Source: the human T2T-CHM13v2.0 reference genome, Homo sapiens
Assembly: GCF_009914755.1 (NCBI RefSeq)
Contig: NC_060941.1
Strand: one strand, 5' to 3'
Length of the DNA: 64,000 nucleotides
The notes under the pieces are model-generated. The model did not search any database and was not told the DNA's origin. It saw only the letters and a program-made list of their open reading frames with translations. The number at the start of each line of letters is the position of its first letter. Position 1 is the first letter of the stretch. The position numbers and the translations under genes were made by a program. This document shows, piece by piece, positions 1 through 21,883 of this stretch.

Positions 1-1577
<1,577 letters not shown>

Positions 1578-2238
1578 CAATATAGTGGCTTTTAAGTGCT
1601 AAGGACTGAGATTGTGTTTTGTCAGGAAGAGGCCAGTTGTGGGTGAAGCATGCTGTGAGAGAGCTTGTCACCTGGTTGAGGTTGTGGGAGCTGCAGCGTG
1701 GGAACTGGAAAGTGGGCTGGGGATCATCTTTTTCCAGGTCAGGGGTCAGCCAGCTTTTCTGCAGCGTGCCATAGACCATCTCTTAGCCCTCGTGGGTCAG
1801 AGTCTCTGTTGCATATTGTCTTTTGTTGTTTTTCACAACCTTTTAGAAACATAAAAAGCATTCTTAGCCCGTGGGCTGGACAAAAAAAGGCCATGACGGG
1901 CTGTATGGATTTGGCCCAGCAGGCCCTTGCTTGCCAAGCCCTGTTTTAGACAAGGAGCAGCTTGTGTGCCTGGAACCATCATGGGCACAGGGGAGGAGCA
2001 GAGTGGATGTGGAGGTGTGAGCTGGAAACCAGGTCCCAGAGCGCTGAGAAAGACAGAGGGTTTTTGCCCTTGCAAATAGAGCAACTGAAATCTGACACCA
2101 TCCAGTTCCAGAAAGCCCTGAAGTGCTGGTGGACGCTGCGGGGTGCTCCGCTCTAGGGTTACAGGGATGAAGATGCAGTCTGGTAGGGGGAGTCCACTCA
2201 CCTGTTGGAAGATGTGATTAAGAAAAGTAGACTTTCAG

Positions 2239-2782
<544 letters not shown>

Positions 2783-2810
2783 TTATTACTTTAATTTTGA
2801 AACAATATAA

Positions 2811-4804
<1,994 letters not shown>

Positions 4805-4919
4805 TTAACCCAATAAAGGTCTTTGTTTTTTAATGTAGTAGAGGAGTTAGGGTTTATAAAAAATATGGTAGGGAAGGGGGTCCCTGGATTTGCTAATGTG
4901 ATTGTCATTTGCCCCTTAG

Positions 4920-5084
4920 GAGAGAGCTCTGTTAGCAGAATGAAAAAATTGGAAGCCAGATTCAGGGAGGGACTGGAAGCAAAAGAATTTCTGTTCGAGG
5001 AAGAGCCTGATGTTTGCCAGGGTCTGTTTAACTGGACATGAAGAGGAAGGCTCTGGACTTTCCTCCAGGAGTTTCAGGAGAAAG
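4920..5084 (+). CDS. BIRC5: BIRC5 alternative exon 3B (survivin-3B); coding part 4920-4943 = ERALLAE*
   Basis: Acceptor gccccttag|GAG AGA GCT CTG TTA GCA GAA TGA; donor AAAG|GTAGGG at 5084/5085; exon length 165 nt; ERALLAE matches the recalled survivin-3B C-terminus. Confidence 0.9.
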
Positions 5085-5087
5085 GTA

Positions 5088-5345
5088 GGGCAGTGGTTAA
5101 GAGCAGAGCTCTGCCTAGACTAGCTGGGGTGCCTAGACTAGCTGGGGTGCCCAGACTAGCTGGGGTGCCTAGACTAGCTGGGTACTTTGAGTGGCTCCTT
5201 CAGCCTGGACCTCGGTTTCCTCACCTGTATAGTAGAGATATGGGAGCACCCAGCGCAGGATCACTGTGAACATAAATCAGTTAATGGAGGAAGCAGGTAG
5301 AGTGGTGCTGGGTGCATACCAAGCACTCCGTCAGTGTTTCCTGTT
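5088..5345 (+). mobile_element. MIR SINE fragment in BIRC5 intron 3
   Basis: gcagtggttaagagc ... cctcggtttcctcacctgta ... MIR core-like sequence. Confidence 0.65.
5112..5182 (+). repeat. 18-bp tandem repeat x4 (TGCCTAGACTAGCTGGGG)
   Basis: Four consecutive near-identical units. Confidence 0.95.
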
Positions 5346-5472
5346 ATTCGATGATTAGGAGGCAGCTTAAACTAGAGGGAGTTGAGCTGAATCAGGATGT
5401 TTGTCCCAGGTAGCTGGGAATCTGCCTAGCCCAGTGCCCAGTTTATTTAGGTGCTCTCTCAGTGTTCCCTGA

Positions 5473-5749
<277 letters not shown>

Positions 5750-6768
5750 GAAAGGAGATCAACATTTTCAAATTAGATGTTTCAACTGTGCTCTTGTTTT
5801 GTCTTGAAAGTGGCACCAGAGGTGCTTCTGCCTGTGCAGCGGGTGCTGCTGGTAACAGTGGCTGCTTCTCTCTCTCTCTCTCTTTTTTGGGGGCTCATTT
5901 TTGCTGTTTTGATTCCCGGGCTTACCAGGTGAGAAGTGAGGGAGGAAGAAGGCAGTGTCCCTTTTGCTAGAGCTGACAGCTTTGTTCGCGTGGGCAGAGC
6001 CTTCCACAGTGAATGTGTCTGGACCTCATGTTGTTGAGGCTGTCACAGTCCTGAGTGTGGACTTGGCAGGTGCCTGTTGAATCTGAGCTGCAGGTTCCTT
6101 ATCTGTCACACCTGTGCCTCCTCAGAGGACAGTTTTTTTGTTGTTGTGTTTTTTTGTTTTTTTTTTTTTGGTAGATGCATGACTTGTGTGTGATGAGAGA
6201 ATGGAGACAGAGTCCCTGGCTCCTCTACTGTTTAACAACATGGCTTTCTTATTTTGTTTGAATTGTTAATTCACAGAATAGCACAAACTACAATTAAAAC
6301 TAAGCACAAAGCCATTCTAAGTCATTGGGGAAACGGGGTGAACTTCAGGTGGATGAGGAGACAGAATAGAGTGATAGGAAGCGTCTGGCAGATACTCCTT
6401 TTGCCACTGCTGTGTGATTAGACAGGCCCAGTGAGCCGCGGGGCACATGCTGGCCGCTCCTCCCTCAGAAAAAGGCAGTGGCCTAAATCCTTTTTAAATG
6501 ACTTGGCTCGATGCTGTGGGGGACTGGCTGGGCTGCTGCAGGCCGTGTGTCTGTCAGCCCAACCTTCACATCTGTCACGTTCTCCACACGGGGGAGAGAC
6601 GCAGTCCGCCCAGGTCCCCGCTTTCTTTGGAGGCAGCAGCTCCCGCAGGGCTGAAGTCTGGCGTAAGATGATGGATTTGATTCGCCCTCCTCCCTGTCAT
6701 AGAGCTGCAGGGTGGATTGTTACAGCTTCGCTGGAAACCTCTGGAGGTCATCTCGGCTGTTCCTGAGA

Positions 6769-6774
6769 AATAAA
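6769..6774 (+). terminator. BIRC5: BIRC5 proximal poly(A) signal
   Basis: gagaAATAAAaagcctgtcatttc. Confidence 0.8.
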
Positions 6775-7412
6775 AAGCCTGTCATTTCAAACACTGCTGT
6801 GGACCCTACTGGGTTTTTAAAATATTGTCAGTTTTTCATCGTCGTCCCTAGCCTGCCAACAGCCATCTGCCCAGACAGCCGCAGTGAGGATGAGCGTCCT
6901 GGCAGAGACGCAGTTGTCTCTGGGCGCTTGCCAGAGCCACGAACCCCAGACCTGTTTGTATCATCCGGGCTCCTTCCGGGCAGAAACAACTGAAAATGCA
7001 CTTCAGACCCACTTATTTCTGCCACATCTGAGTCGGCCTGAGATAGACTTTTCCCTCTAAACTGGGAGAATATCACAGTGGTTTTTGTTAGCAGAAAATG
7101 CACTCCAGCCTCTGTACTCATCTAAGCTGCTTATTTTTGATATTTGTGTCAGTCTGTAAATGGATACTTCACTTTAATAACTGTTGCTTAGTAATTGGCT
7201 TTGTAGAGAAGCTGGAAAAAAATGGTTTTGTCTTCAACTCCTTTGCATGCCAGGCGGTGATGTGGATCTCGGCTTCTGTGAGCCTGTGCTGTGGGCAGGG
7301 CTGAGCTGGAGCCGCCCCTCTCAGCCCGCCTGCCACGGCCTTTCCTTAAAGGCCATCCTTAAAACCAGACCCTCATGGCTACCAGCACCTGAAAGCTTCC
7401 TCGACATCTGTT

Positions 7413-7418
7413 AATAAA
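7413..7418 (+). terminator. BIRC5: Candidate intermediate BIRC5 poly(A) signal
   Basis: gttAATAAAgcc. Confidence 0.5.
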
Positions 7419-7701
7419 GCCGTAGGCCCTTGTCTAAGTGCAACCGCCTAGACTTTCTTTCAGATACATGTCCACATGTCCATTTTTCAGGTTCTCTAAG
7501 TTGGAGTGGAGTCTGGGAAGGGTTGTGAATGAGGCTTCTGGGCTATGGGTGAGGTTCCAATGGCAGGTTAGAGCCCCTCGGGCCAACTGCCATCCTGGAA
7601 AGTAGAGACAGCAGTGCCCGCTGCCCAGAAGAGACCAGCAAGCCAAACTGGAGCCCCCATTGCAGGCTGTCGCCATGTGGAAAGAGTAACTCACAATTGC
7701 C

Positions 7702-7707
7702 AATAAA
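7702..7707 (+). terminator. BIRC5: BIRC5 distal poly(A) signal
   Basis: ccAATAAAgtctcatgtggttttatcta followed by a T-rich tract. Confidence 0.8.
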
Positions 7708-7728
7708 GTCTCATGTGGTTTTATCTAC

Positions 7729-8035
7729 TTTTTTTTTCTTTTTCTTTTTTTTTGAGACAAGGCCTTGCCCTCCCAGGCTGGAGTGCAGTGGAATGACCAC
7801 AGCTCACCGCAACCTCAAATTCTTGCGTTCAAGTGAACCTCCCACTTTAGCCTCCCAAGTAGCTGGGACTACAGGCGCACGCCATCACACCCGGCTAATT
7901 GAAAAATTTTTTTTTTTGTTTAGATGGAATCTCACTTTGTTGCCCAGGCTGGTCTCAAACTCCTGGGCTCAAGTGATCATCCTGCTTCAGCGTCCGACTT
8001 GTTGGTATTATAGGCGTGAGCCACTGGGCCTGACC
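7729..8035 (-). mobile_element. Old (AluJ-like) antisense Alu directly after the BIRC5 distal poly(A) site
   Basis: T-tract plus diverged Alu consensus. Confidence 0.85.
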
Positions 8036-9968
8036 TAGCTACCATTTTTTAATGCAGAAATGAAGACTTGTAGAAATGAAATAACTTGTCCAGGATAGTC
8101 GAATAAGTAACTTTTAGAGCTGGGATTTGAACCCAGGCAATCTGGCTCCAGAGCTGGGCCCTCACTGCTGAAGGACACTGTCAGCTTGGGAGGGTGGCTA
8201 TGGTCGGCTGTCTGATTCTAGGGAGTGAGGGCTGTCTTTAAAGCACCCCATTCCATTTTCAGACAGCTTTGTCAGAAAGGCTGTCATATGGAGCTGACAC
8301 CTGCCTCCCCAAGGCTTTCATAGATCCTCTCTGTACATTGTAACCTTTTATTTTGAAATGAAAATTCACAGGAAGTTGTAAGGCTAGTACAGGGGATCCC
8401 GCATACCGTTCTCCTCCTTTTCCCCGTTGTGAGGACAGTGCACTGTATTCACTTTCAACATCCAAGGTCTGTGTTGAGAGGGTGAGTTGTGCGGCCCAGC
8501 TTGCCCCAAGCCCGTCTTGCCATCACGAAGGATTTCCTGACTCAGCTGAATCTAGCTCAACAAAGCAAAGGACTAACTAAGCTGCAGATTTTCTCTCCGC
8601 TGGGCTTAGCCTACATTATTTACACCTGTTTTCAGCTGGATGGGACCAAACTGGGGCCTTGACTTCTGGGGTTTCCACGTGATCCCCAAAGAGGAGACAT
8701 CCATTCATTCACTCAGGTATTTGCTTGTGCACCTACTGTGCGCCAGGTGCCAGATCCAGGAATTGAAGCCCAGGAACAACTCTTGCAGTGAGCTCCCCGG
8801 GTTTTTGTTTTCTGAACGGTGGGAAGACAGGTCAGCAAATAGCCATGCACGTCTGCACATGTGTGGCTGGTGTCTGCAGGAGTACCGAGAAGACGGTGAG
8901 CTCTGCCCTGGATGGCAACAGGAAAGGGCATCCCTGTGCAGCTGTTTGTCCTGGCACAGGTGGCAGGCTGCCAGCGGGACCAGGAAGGGAAGGGGAGGAT
9001 GCACAGGTCGGAGGGAACGGAACGGGCACTGCAGGTGCGCTCTGCGATGTGAGGAAGGAAGCAAAGGCTGGTTCCGGGATGATGTCGGAGAAGCCTTGCA
9101 GCCTAGGGCACTGCCCATTCCACGTTACCCAGTGAGTCAAAGCCTCCCAGAAAGACATTTAGTCACTCAAAGCCAGTGCAGGTCTCAGCTTTGTCCGGGG
9201 AGGAACTTTCACTCTAGAAAACACGAACTCATTTCCCTTTGAGGAAGTTGTTTCTCCAGGATATCATTTCCAGCCACCATCCAGGATGCTGGGCAGGTGC
9301 TGCAGTGCCCAAGGCACGGCTGCCGAAGAAGCTTGTCCCTTAGAAACCCCTTGTGGCCTCGGAGGCGCCTGCCTGCCTCCCTGAGAATGGAACCCTGTTG
9401 GGCCGCCAGGCTCGCTGGGCAGGTGCTGGGGAAGGCTGGGTCACCGTGCTGAGCCCCTCACAGGCCTGGGAGTTGTGCTTGGGGAGGAGAGCTCCCAGCT
9501 CTTTGGCTGCCTCCCAATCATGGCCACATCTCACAAACAATACCACTGTCCACGAAAAATGAAAAGGTGCCTGGTTCTAACCCATGGCCCCAACCATGAA
9601 AGAGCCCTTAGAATGTGGGGGTTTGACTCGAACAGTGGCTTTGAGTCTCCCAGGGGGGATTAGTGTCCTAATGCCCTGAGTTAATGAATTGACTTGTTGG
9701 ACAGGGAAACTCAGTGAGGTTCATTTTCTGTGGGGGGACGTTTGTCAAATGCTGTGAAATCAGTTGTAGCATACGCGACGCTCAGCTGCTCCGACAGTGA
9801 CTCAGCCACGGCTCCAGCTGCTTCCCCAGCCCTGTAGTGGAGGTGGCAGATGGTGTCATCAGCCTGGCGCAGAGGGCTGTGCCCACTGGCATCACAAGGG
9901 CCAGGCCTGCTGGTCCTCCAGCCACTGGATCCAGGTAGTTACATATGGGTTTAAAAGAAGAGAGGCAG

Positions 9969-12503
<2,535 letters not shown>

Positions 12504-13769
12504 TCACCGGGAGGACACACATGGAGCACGCAGCCCAAATGGGGCTCCTCTGTTCTCCCTGCAGAGTCAGTTCGTACCTTTCACATGCACAAAGGTGTTG
12601 ATCCAACCGAAGCAATATTGATTCTTGTTATATTGCTTTATTGTGGGGTCAGTGTCAGAGTACCACGAGTTTTCATCACGCACCGTTCTTTCCCCAGCTG
12701 CAGTGTGTTTAGGGGGGGAACGAGGCCCCACCCCCTATCCCTATCGCCTCTGCCTTTATAACGGCTGCTACTCTCTGAGCACCTGTTGAGTTCTTTCACC
12801 TTCCAGATCTAATGTGCTATCCCCACCCCTAGAGAACAGGGCTGCTGGATGCCACATGGCTCCCAGAGAGGGGCTGTGGTCAGGGAAGCCCCAGCTCCAA
12901 GGGGGCTGGAAAACCCCAGAGCTGCCCACGTGCGGCAACACAGTCTGGTGCTGCAGGTGTGAGGACGGCTACAAAATACCTGAGCCATTCTGTCACTCTG
13001 TCTGAACTCTGTTTGAAATATTGTTTCAATAACTGCTAGGCTGGTTTTTCCTTCCTGACTATATTCCTCAAACCAACAAGAGCCTAGCAGAGGAAAGCAT
13101 GGCCAAAACGCCCCAAGAAGAGAGCCTTGGCTTCACCTCCAAGGGCCACCATCCGGGAGGATGTCCTCAGACCTCTGATCCCCTCTCTGCAGGCTCTGCC
13201 CAGCCCTGTGTGGCAACCCAGAGGAAGCCTCCCCTTCGTTTGAGATTTAACCCCAGACCTTAGGCGATGGCTGCCCAGCCTGTCCCTTCCGCCTGTGTGG
13301 CTGCCCACGCGGGCGTTGCTCATGGGGCTAGTCCTGGGTGGATGGGTGGGGGCCTCTCGCCGGCTCCTCTGCCTCCCACCCCCACTGGCACCCCACGCCT
13401 GTCCTAGAAGGTTCTTTCTGCCTGTTTTCTCCGTGAGTGACTGGACAGGCAGAGGCCGGCCTTGCTGGAGGGGGCATTTGTAATTATGAGTGAATCCAAA
13501 ACAAGGTTTTTTCCTTCCGCAGCCCCCCGCCCGGCTGTGGGGCCCAGCCACTGCACTTCACCGGATGCCGTCTGGTTGGTCCTCAGGACTGATACAGACC
13601 AGGACCCCAGGGCCAGCCCGTGCCAGGCTCCTATGCTTCCAGGAGCACGGGTGGGTGGTCCTGCTGCCTGGCCGGCCATCCTCCTGGGGTCGGTCTCTGG
13701 CCGATCCTCCCTCCTCCTCTCAAGCCCTGCACAGCCCGGCCAGGCAGGTGCATCTTGTTTGGCTGCTGA

Positions 13770-14400
<631 letters not shown>

Positions 14401-14898
14401 TTCCAGGACCCCTCTCTTGCATCCCGCTCTGCCCCAGGGTGTCTCTCCGCTCCCTCCCCATCACCCTCCGTCTTCCCCCAAAACTGACAGCCCAAGGGCT
14501 ACAGGAGGGAGGGAGCCCAGTTCGGGGCCCCTCACAGCCGGAGGAGGGGGCTGTGGGGCGACAGTGGGGGAGGGAAGCCTCGAGGTGTGTAGTTGGGGGG
14601 CCTCATCCAAGTCACCAGGGGTTGTTTCTTGATCACGCTCCCCGGGGTTTGGGCCTGGCAGCCCCTTGTCCCCGTCCCTGTCAGGCACTGTCAGAGCTGT
14701 TCACCCCACACCTCCTGATGCCGCGGGGGCAGGGGTTCCAAATGTGTACAGAGGCTTCAGAGTCCGGGGAGAGAGAAGGGGATCCCAGCAGGCTGGAGGG
14801 TCCACAGGGCCCCCTCCGTTCCCCCCAGCTCCCTCCTCCGGAGCTGGGGCCAGCCTGGGGAGCTTCCCCTTCACAGCGCGAGGGCTGGCAGGGCAGGG

Positions 14899-15127
14899 GT
14901 GTGTGTGTGAGTGAGCATGTGTGTGCATCTGAATATGTGTGCATGTGCTGAACATGAACATGTGTGAGCACCTGGCTGTGTATGTAAATATGAATATGTG
15001 AGTGTGAGTGTATGTAGTTGTGTGTGCATGTGAATATGAGTGTGTGAGCATGTCAGTGTGCATGTGTGTGCATGTGAGAGTGTGTGGGCATGTATATGAG
15101 TGAGTGCATGTGTGGGTGGTGCACATG
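14899..15127. repeat. Degenerate (TG)n/TGCA low-complexity repeat in TMEM235 intron 1
   Basis: gtgtgtgtgagtgagcatgtgtgtgcat... Confidence 0.85.
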
Positions 15128-15466
15128 TGCTGGTGGCTTCCTCAGTGCAACTGGGGAGGAGTTAGGAGCCTTGTGTTCATCCAACAGACTGCCTAACTGT
15201 GCTCCAAAGACCTCCTGACATGCACCTGTGTGCACGTGTGCACACGCCTGTGCCTATGCAGGTGGCTCTGCACGCGTGTGAGAACCAGAGAGTATGTATG
15301 CCCACATGACACGAGTCAGGAAGATTCCAGAGCGAGGCTTCCCAGGAGCCCGTTTTGTACACCCTTTTTCCTTTCAGGCAAAGCCTGAGTTCCACACACA
15401 AACGCATTACAAGGACCCCTGCCTGAGGGACTCTGAGGGGGCCTCCATGGAGCGTTTGAAAGTTTA

Positions 15467-16290
<824 letters not shown>

Positions 16291-16667
16291 TGATGGCTCA
16301 TCCCTTTGTTATTGGGGAAGCCAGGCAGCTCCCAGCTTGGCTGGATCCTGCGGGCCTTGCAGACTCCTGGCTCCCCATTTAGGACTCGATTCTTCCAGAT
16401 GGCCTGCTGTCTACCTGGCTGGCACCTTCCACCTGGCGGGTTGGGGGACATGTGAGGCCTGGGGATGGGGGCTGGGAGTGTTCTGGGGACGCCTCCCCTC
16501 CTGGCCTTAGGAAGCCCCTGCCAGAGTCAGAGGGGGCCACTGGGAGGGTCCAGTGGTGTCCACAGAGATGGGCGTCAGCCGCTTTTCCTGAGAAGACGAA
16601 GCACCACGTCACTGTCCTCCGGCAGACAAGTGCTGAAGGGCCCACCTGGACCAGAATTCTCACCTGA

Positions 16668-16937
<270 letters not shown>

Positions 16938-16993
16938 TGAGTCTGGCGATGGAGCCGTGGCAGGCAGCTCCCTGTGGTTCCAGAAGGTACCCA

Positions 16994-18186
<1,193 letters not shown>

Positions 18187-20638
18187 CCGTGATAGGAGCA
18201 GGGCTTCTGGTTGTGGGTCAGAGCCTGGGACAGGGAGGAGCACCGGGGTCCAAGCTTCTTGGTGCGGGGGGCATGAGGGCCTCCAGGGCAACCCCAGGAC
18301 CTGCTCTACTGGGTCAGATCATGCGGGGGGGCCTGGGGCCAGCCCCTCACCACACCCTTCTCCTTCCTGTACTGTCCTGGTGGGAGGAGCAAGGGTTCCG
18401 GGGTTTGGCACAGATGAGGCAGGGCCAGGCATGAAGGCAGGTGAGACAGGGCACCAGAGGCCTCAGCTCTGACCCCAGCACAGGCTGAGACTGTAACCGG
18501 TAACCACCCATCCACTGACGCGGCTCCAGCTCTGACTACATGCCGAGTGCTGGCCAAGTGCTCCTCCGAAGGCTCCTCCGAGGGCCCCCCAGTCCCAGCT
18601 GCAGGTGAGAAATCTGAGGCCTGGAGAGGGCCGAGGGCCTGGGCTCCCCTTCACCCCCACTGGTGCTGTCTCCTCAGTTTCCACCGACTGCCCAGCACTG
18701 GCTGTTGCGGAAGGTGGACTAGGGGCTCCTGACAGTCTGTCCTCAGCCGCCCCTGTCAATCAAGGCTAGGCCCGAGCCAGGCCCTGATGTCTCAGGCCAG
18801 CTCCACTGTCAAGGCTGTGGCCACAAGGAGCAGACCATCCAGGGCTGGGGGCACCCTCCCTGTTTCTCTGGGAGGCCTCTGTCACTGAGGAGGCCCGACT
18901 GGGTGCAGAGATTGGGGAAACCAGCAGCCTTGGTATTGGTCACAGGCCACATGAGAACAACAGTGAAGTCAAGGTCTCCTCTAGACAATGAAATCAGGAA
19001 GAATCCAAATGACCTGACCCTGCGGCCCATCTGTGAGTGTTCAAAATCCAATTAAGAGGACCTTCGGGAGCCAGCGACTAGAGTGTAATTGGGTTGGGAT
19101 TGTAACCAGAAGAACTTACAGGGACACGGACCCTCTGCATTGTGCCTGGGAGCGAAGGCACCGGCTAGGGGGTGGAGGGGCCGGAGGTAGCTGGTGGATG
19201 GGTGGGGGTTCCACTGCGACTCCAGCCTCCCCAGGCAGAGGGGGCCTCCATCCTAGTATGAGGGTCAGCTGTGGGCCGAAGCACAGAGGGCTCTCAGGAT
19301 GTCACACCAAAGGCACCTGCCCAGGGTCAGCTCGGCCCTCACCCCTCACTAGCACTGCAAGGAGGGGGAGGGAGATAGAGGGCCCCAGATCGATTGGGTG
19401 CCCTTCCCTGAGACAGGATCTTGGGGGGCCTGGGGGACCGACAGGGCCCACGGTGACAGAGTCCTTTAGAGTTTCCCAGCTTGAGGTTGCAGGTGCCAGC
19501 CGCAGAGGCCTCCTTTAGGAGGTCTGCCAGGAGCTGAGCCTGGGCCCCATCACCAGGGATTTGGGAGGTACTTCAGGTCCCAGTTTGGGAGCTTACTCTT
19601 CACCTTCATTTTGGGAGAAAGGCCGTGTCCTCGGCCAGGCTACAGGAGGCAGCTGGTGTTTGGAGAGGGCTCAGCTGGTGGGGCGGCCTGCCAGGAATTG
19701 GGGCCTTGGGCTGCAGCTGCAGCCAGTGCTACAGGCAGAGACAGGCAGAGACAGGCACCTCCTGCCGCACGGTCAGCCCCCGCTGCTGGGGGCTGACCCC
19801 CACCCCTGCTTCTCCCAGGGACCGCTTCATTCAATTTGGCTTCACATTCTTCCCCAAAATAAATCCATAATTTCTGTTGCTACGCTGCCCAGCCGGGCAG
19901 GCATCCGTGTGTCCTTCCTCCCTCAGCCTCCCCATGCCTTCTTCTCCCCACTCTCTGTCCCACTCTTCTTCCCAAGTTTGGTTCCCAGGAGGAATCACAG
20001 AAGACCAGGCTGTGTTGTGCCCCTTCACTGGGCACCAGTGAGATCCAGACCTGGCCCTGAATGTCAGCTTGGGTCAGTTGCCTTCTTTTGGCTGGGCAGT
20101 GCCCAGAGGGGACCCTGTGCACCCAGGAAGTGCCTGTGGGGAAATCAGGGCCACCTGCCCCCCTGGCTAACATTCCCTACAGTCGGCGCCAAGGACAGGC
20201 TTTCTCATCAGCCTGAAGCTGTGGGAAGGGGGTGGCACTCCGGGCTGGTTCCTCCAAGCTCAGTGGACAGGAAAATGCCCTGGAGGCATGGGCCGAGTCC
20301 CCTACCTAGCTCGTTGCTGGACCCTGAACTGCCGGATGAAGCCTGGTGCCCGCCACCCTGTGCAAAGCCCAGCTTCATTCCTTTGACAACAGCTTTGACC
20401 ATGTGGAGAGCGGGAGGGAGGAGAGAGGAGGGCCCAGGGCAGGCATCCTCCCCTGGGGAAGGGCCTGAAACTCAGAGCTGGGAGGACAGGGGGGCTCTGG
20501 AAGGGGAGTCAGAGGGAGGGGGATGTTAGCCCCGGAGGTAGGGAGGGCAAAGGTGTGAGGAAGAGGAGGCGGGGGTGCAGGGCAGGGACTCACTCTGATC
20601 AGAGCACTGGGCAACGCTGCTGCCAGCAGAGGCCATGG

Positions 20639-20641
<3 letters not shown>

Positions 20642-20677
<36 letters not shown>
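20642..20677. repeat. (TG)n microsatellite in TMEM235 intron 3
   Basis: About 18 TG units. Confidence 0.97.
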
Positions 20678-20681
<4 letters not shown>

Positions 20682-21074
20682 TGTGCAAATGTGTTCGTGT
20701 AGGTGTGCATGTGCATGTGTGTGCTGGGGGCCATGGAGGGTACAGAGTGTGTGGGGGGCAGTTATGTGAGTGGGAACCATGTTGAGGGGCAGGTGGCACT
20801 GTTTGCAGGAGGCTTTATGGGATGAGGTCTCTGAGGTTTGAGGACTGAATTGGAGCCTCTTAAAGCTCCACTCCGCCAAATGCAGTTGACTACCTTTAGC
20901 CCTGTCCAACCCCAAGCAGGAGGTGGTGTCTGGGAGAGGCGGCCAGGTTGACAGCCAGGCAGGGCTAACCATGACAGGAAGGGCGGTGTGCTGCCTGCAG
21001 CTCTGCCTGAATGCTAGCGGGGCCAGGGATGCTGAGGCCATGTCTGCAGGACCACCTGGGCCTGGGCCCGCTAG

Positions 21075-21365
<291 letters not shown>

Positions 21366-21870
21366 TAAGAGGGGGCTGGGTTTCCCTTTGCACCTCCCGG
21401 GATTGGGCGGTCAGGGCCAGGGCCCCTTGAGAGTCTGGGAATCCCTTCTCTGGGCCTCGCTGGGGTCCTGGCCAGGAAGGGGCTGGGGGTGACAAGGGGT
21501 GGAGGGCAGAGCCAAGAATCCAGCTCCTCATGTTTCTCTGTAGATATTTGGGGAGGCTCCCCTGCCCCGGCAGGCTTGTTAGGGACTAATTGGTTCAACC
21601 GCCTCTTAGAGATGAGAAGAGCCAGTCCAGAAAGAGGAAGTAAGTGGCCCAGGTGACACAGGCTGAGTGGCAGAGTTGGGTGGGGGCACCTCTCAAGGGT
21701 GTGGCCTGAACTCGCCCCTCCCCCAGCAGGCTAGTGAGTCACTGCTGCCCCCATTCCTAAGGACCTGGGAGAAAAGTAGGTGCCTGTTAAATGCCGCAGG
21801 ACTGGGCTCCATGCTCCTCTCCAGCCCCGCAATGGCCCTACTCAATGACTACCCTTTATCCATTTTACAG

Positions 21871-21883
21871 AGGGGGAGACTGA
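21871..21883 (+). CDS. TMEM235: TMEM235 terminal coding exon (R-G-G-D-stop), then 3'UTR
   Basis: cattttacag|A GGG GGA GAC TGA; exons sum to 190+81+138+250+13=672 nt = 223 aa + stop. Confidence 0.85.

Noticed and set aside
5112-5182. CRISPR-like array (also considered for 23596-23848)
   Set aside because: Head-to-tail repeats with no unique spacers in eukaryotic DNA, and no cas genes
19561-20529. 322-aa ORF in TMEM235 intron 3
   Set aside because: Non-ATG start, no recognisable domain, GC-rich composition
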